Source: Auanema rhodensis (Eukaryota > Animalia > Nematoda). Taken from it: 64,000 nucleotides of DNA. Location: NCBI GenBank assembly GCA_964057225.1, contig OZ059896.1, positions 12,462,001 through 12,526,000 of the forward strand. The letters are read 5' to 3'. The translations under genes were made by a program, and so were the position numbers. The notes beneath the pieces were generated by a model. It saw nothing but the letters and a program-made list of their open reading frames with translations, searched no databases and was not told the origin of the DNA. Positions 62,101 through 64,000 of the stretch are shown here, one piece after another. The stretch's first letter is position 1; every line of letters begins with the position of its first letter.

Positions 62101-64000
62101 GTTTCGTTCTGCAAGCTATCATTATATCGTGTATATATGTGATGAATGATCGTTCGGTGTGTATTTATTATCTCATTTAATGAATGGCTATCCTTCTGTT
62201 TAGCTGATGCATCGAATACGATTCAAAGCGGGTTAGGTTTGCTGGGTTTCCAAACCCCATGATGAGGCATATAGAATTCAAGAGATTCCTGTTGGTTGCT
62301 GTTAATCTCTCCAACAACATTGTCTGTGATGTAGTTTTTAATTGTTTTGGTAAAGTGTGAGAGCATTTCTGGATTGGTAATTAGTTTTCGCCGTAGGGAT
62401 ACAAATCTATGTTACGCGGGCATTTTGTTGTTTTTTAGACTTTTGAAGTTATTTTGTAACGGGATCGGTGCAATGATACGGTTGTTATCAATTTTTATAT
62501 CTTTTGAGTACATGCATTTTCTGTATTGACGCCGATAGAATCCAGTTCAAATAGGTTCATAAGGTGTTCTTTATGAGAAGTTTCTTTTGTTATCTCTTCT
62601 ACTGTAGAGCATAATATTACTTCTCGTTGTGTGTTATCATCGGGAAGAGGAGCTTCCCCATGTATCATGTGGCCCAATATCGAATTTTTCAATCTCATAC
62701 GTGAGGGGAGTTCGGTTTCTTCGTTTAAGTGCATGAATAGTTTGTATCTATCCGTACCTATCAGTATATCCGGAGTAAATGATTCTCCGTTTGTTTTTGG
62801 ATTGGCTAATTTTACGTTTTTGTTTTGTATGAATTTTATGTCTTCTTTGGATAGTTTTGGACAGCGTATGGGTGTGGTTAACATGGGTTTGGTAAATAGT
62901 TTTGTTACGATAATGGATCCACTGGAGGTTCCAAGGATTACTTTCACGTCTTGAACTTCGTGCGTTTCGGACAATGCTCCAATACCGTAAAAGATTTTCT
63001 TTTGAGAACCAAGAATGGGCAATCCTAACTTAGTGGATAAGTCCTTAGATATAAACGATCTTATAGATCTTTTGTCTATGAGCATGCGTACTTGCTCATA
63101 TTTTTTACTATTGTGATTGTATATGTTTGCCATTGCTGTGCGAAATATTACTTGACTTTCTTCAATATTATGGGTGTCGGCAATGTGATTAAGTGATACT
63201 GGTGCATTAAGTGCCTCAGTAGGGATTCGATTAGTGTCTGATTGCTTGTTTATATTCTGTTGTTTTTTCAATCAATGACTCTTCTGTGGTGATCAGTAAA
63301 GCTTGATCTTTGTTAATTAAGGAAGTTTCTTTATCTTTTTGGATACTTTGTACGTTTTTTCGTCCTTGTGAGCACAAGACGGAGTTATGGTCTCCATGGC
63401 AATTCCGACATTGTTGTTTTCTGCATTCGGAACTTTTGTGTTTTTCGGAAAAACAAATCCAGCAGATGGCCTTTCCGCGGATGCGGTGTTTTCTTTCTTC
63501 TGGTGTTTCAAATGGGGTGCAATGATAAAAGCAATGTTTGGATAAGTTGCAAAAGACACATGGCCAAGTTTGGGTTTGGATGAATGAAAACATCTTCAAC
63601 GATGTGGTAAGGGAATTTGTTAAGAATCATAGTGGTACACATTTCGCGGGATACCGTAGCTCCGGCTGCTTGAATTTGCCTGATGAGTGCCTTGGTTTCC
63701 CTGAAGGTTTCCTCACATGATTTGCATCATTGCTTGCAATTCTTAAACTGCGTAGTTGTGCTAAGAAAAAGTTTATATCGAAGAAATAATCTCCAAATTC
63801 ACAAACTAATGCTTCTCGCATGAGCTCATAATTTTGAGCAGAGGGTTCTATTCCTCTGATTGCTATTTGTGAATCGCCTTTGAGGCTTTCACAGAGTAGG
63901 TTTACCTTTTCTAAGGTTGTAAACTGTTCATTATCATGAACAAGTCTATCAAAACTGCCCCAGAATGATTTGAAGTTCTCTGGTTTGCCATCAAATGTAG
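59161..64000 (-). mobile_element. Degenerate BEL/Pao LTR retrotransposon gag-pol, continuing beyond the window
   Basis: Gag TFDGKPENFKSFW and three Cys/His knuckles. Protease region with PDILIGTD. RT remnants YMPHHGV and FDASAK, plus TKRILLSLLHSIFDPIG. RNase H FADAS. Integrase CDVMGPF/SDCAGNF/WERLV and RSINQLYPLE. Confidence 0.93.

Overview
AT-rich eukaryotic DNA, very likely from a nematode: introns are mostly 42-50 nt, several acceptors are TTTCAG-type, and a BEL/Pao element carries a phlebovirus-Gc-like env. I found no intact host protein gene. The window is a transposon graveyard built on a decayed, amplified tRNA-Gln(CUG)-containing repeat, with many direct and inverted segmental duplications. 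Its centrepiece is a structurally complete 17,006-bp Maverick/Polinton (20219-37224; AGTAG...CTACT ends, long TIRs, 6-bp TSD TACGTC) inserted inside the major capsid gene of an older Maverick of the same family. The element's protein-primed DNA polymerase is split by 13 spliceosomal introns, one of them GC-AG. A second TIR-proximal gene is also spliced. The central module (MCP, core-like protein, adenain protease, C2H2 protein, penton, ATPase, two conserved ORFs, chromodomain integrase) is intronless. pPolB and MCP each carry one nonsense codon. Other elements are a Gypsy-type gag fused directly to a class III-like envelope glycoprotein, two BEL/Pao remnants, an Hsmar1-like mariner, an internally deleted Tc1 with intact TIRs, and MULE and hAT remnants. 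All family assignments come from motif recognition by eye, with no database searches.
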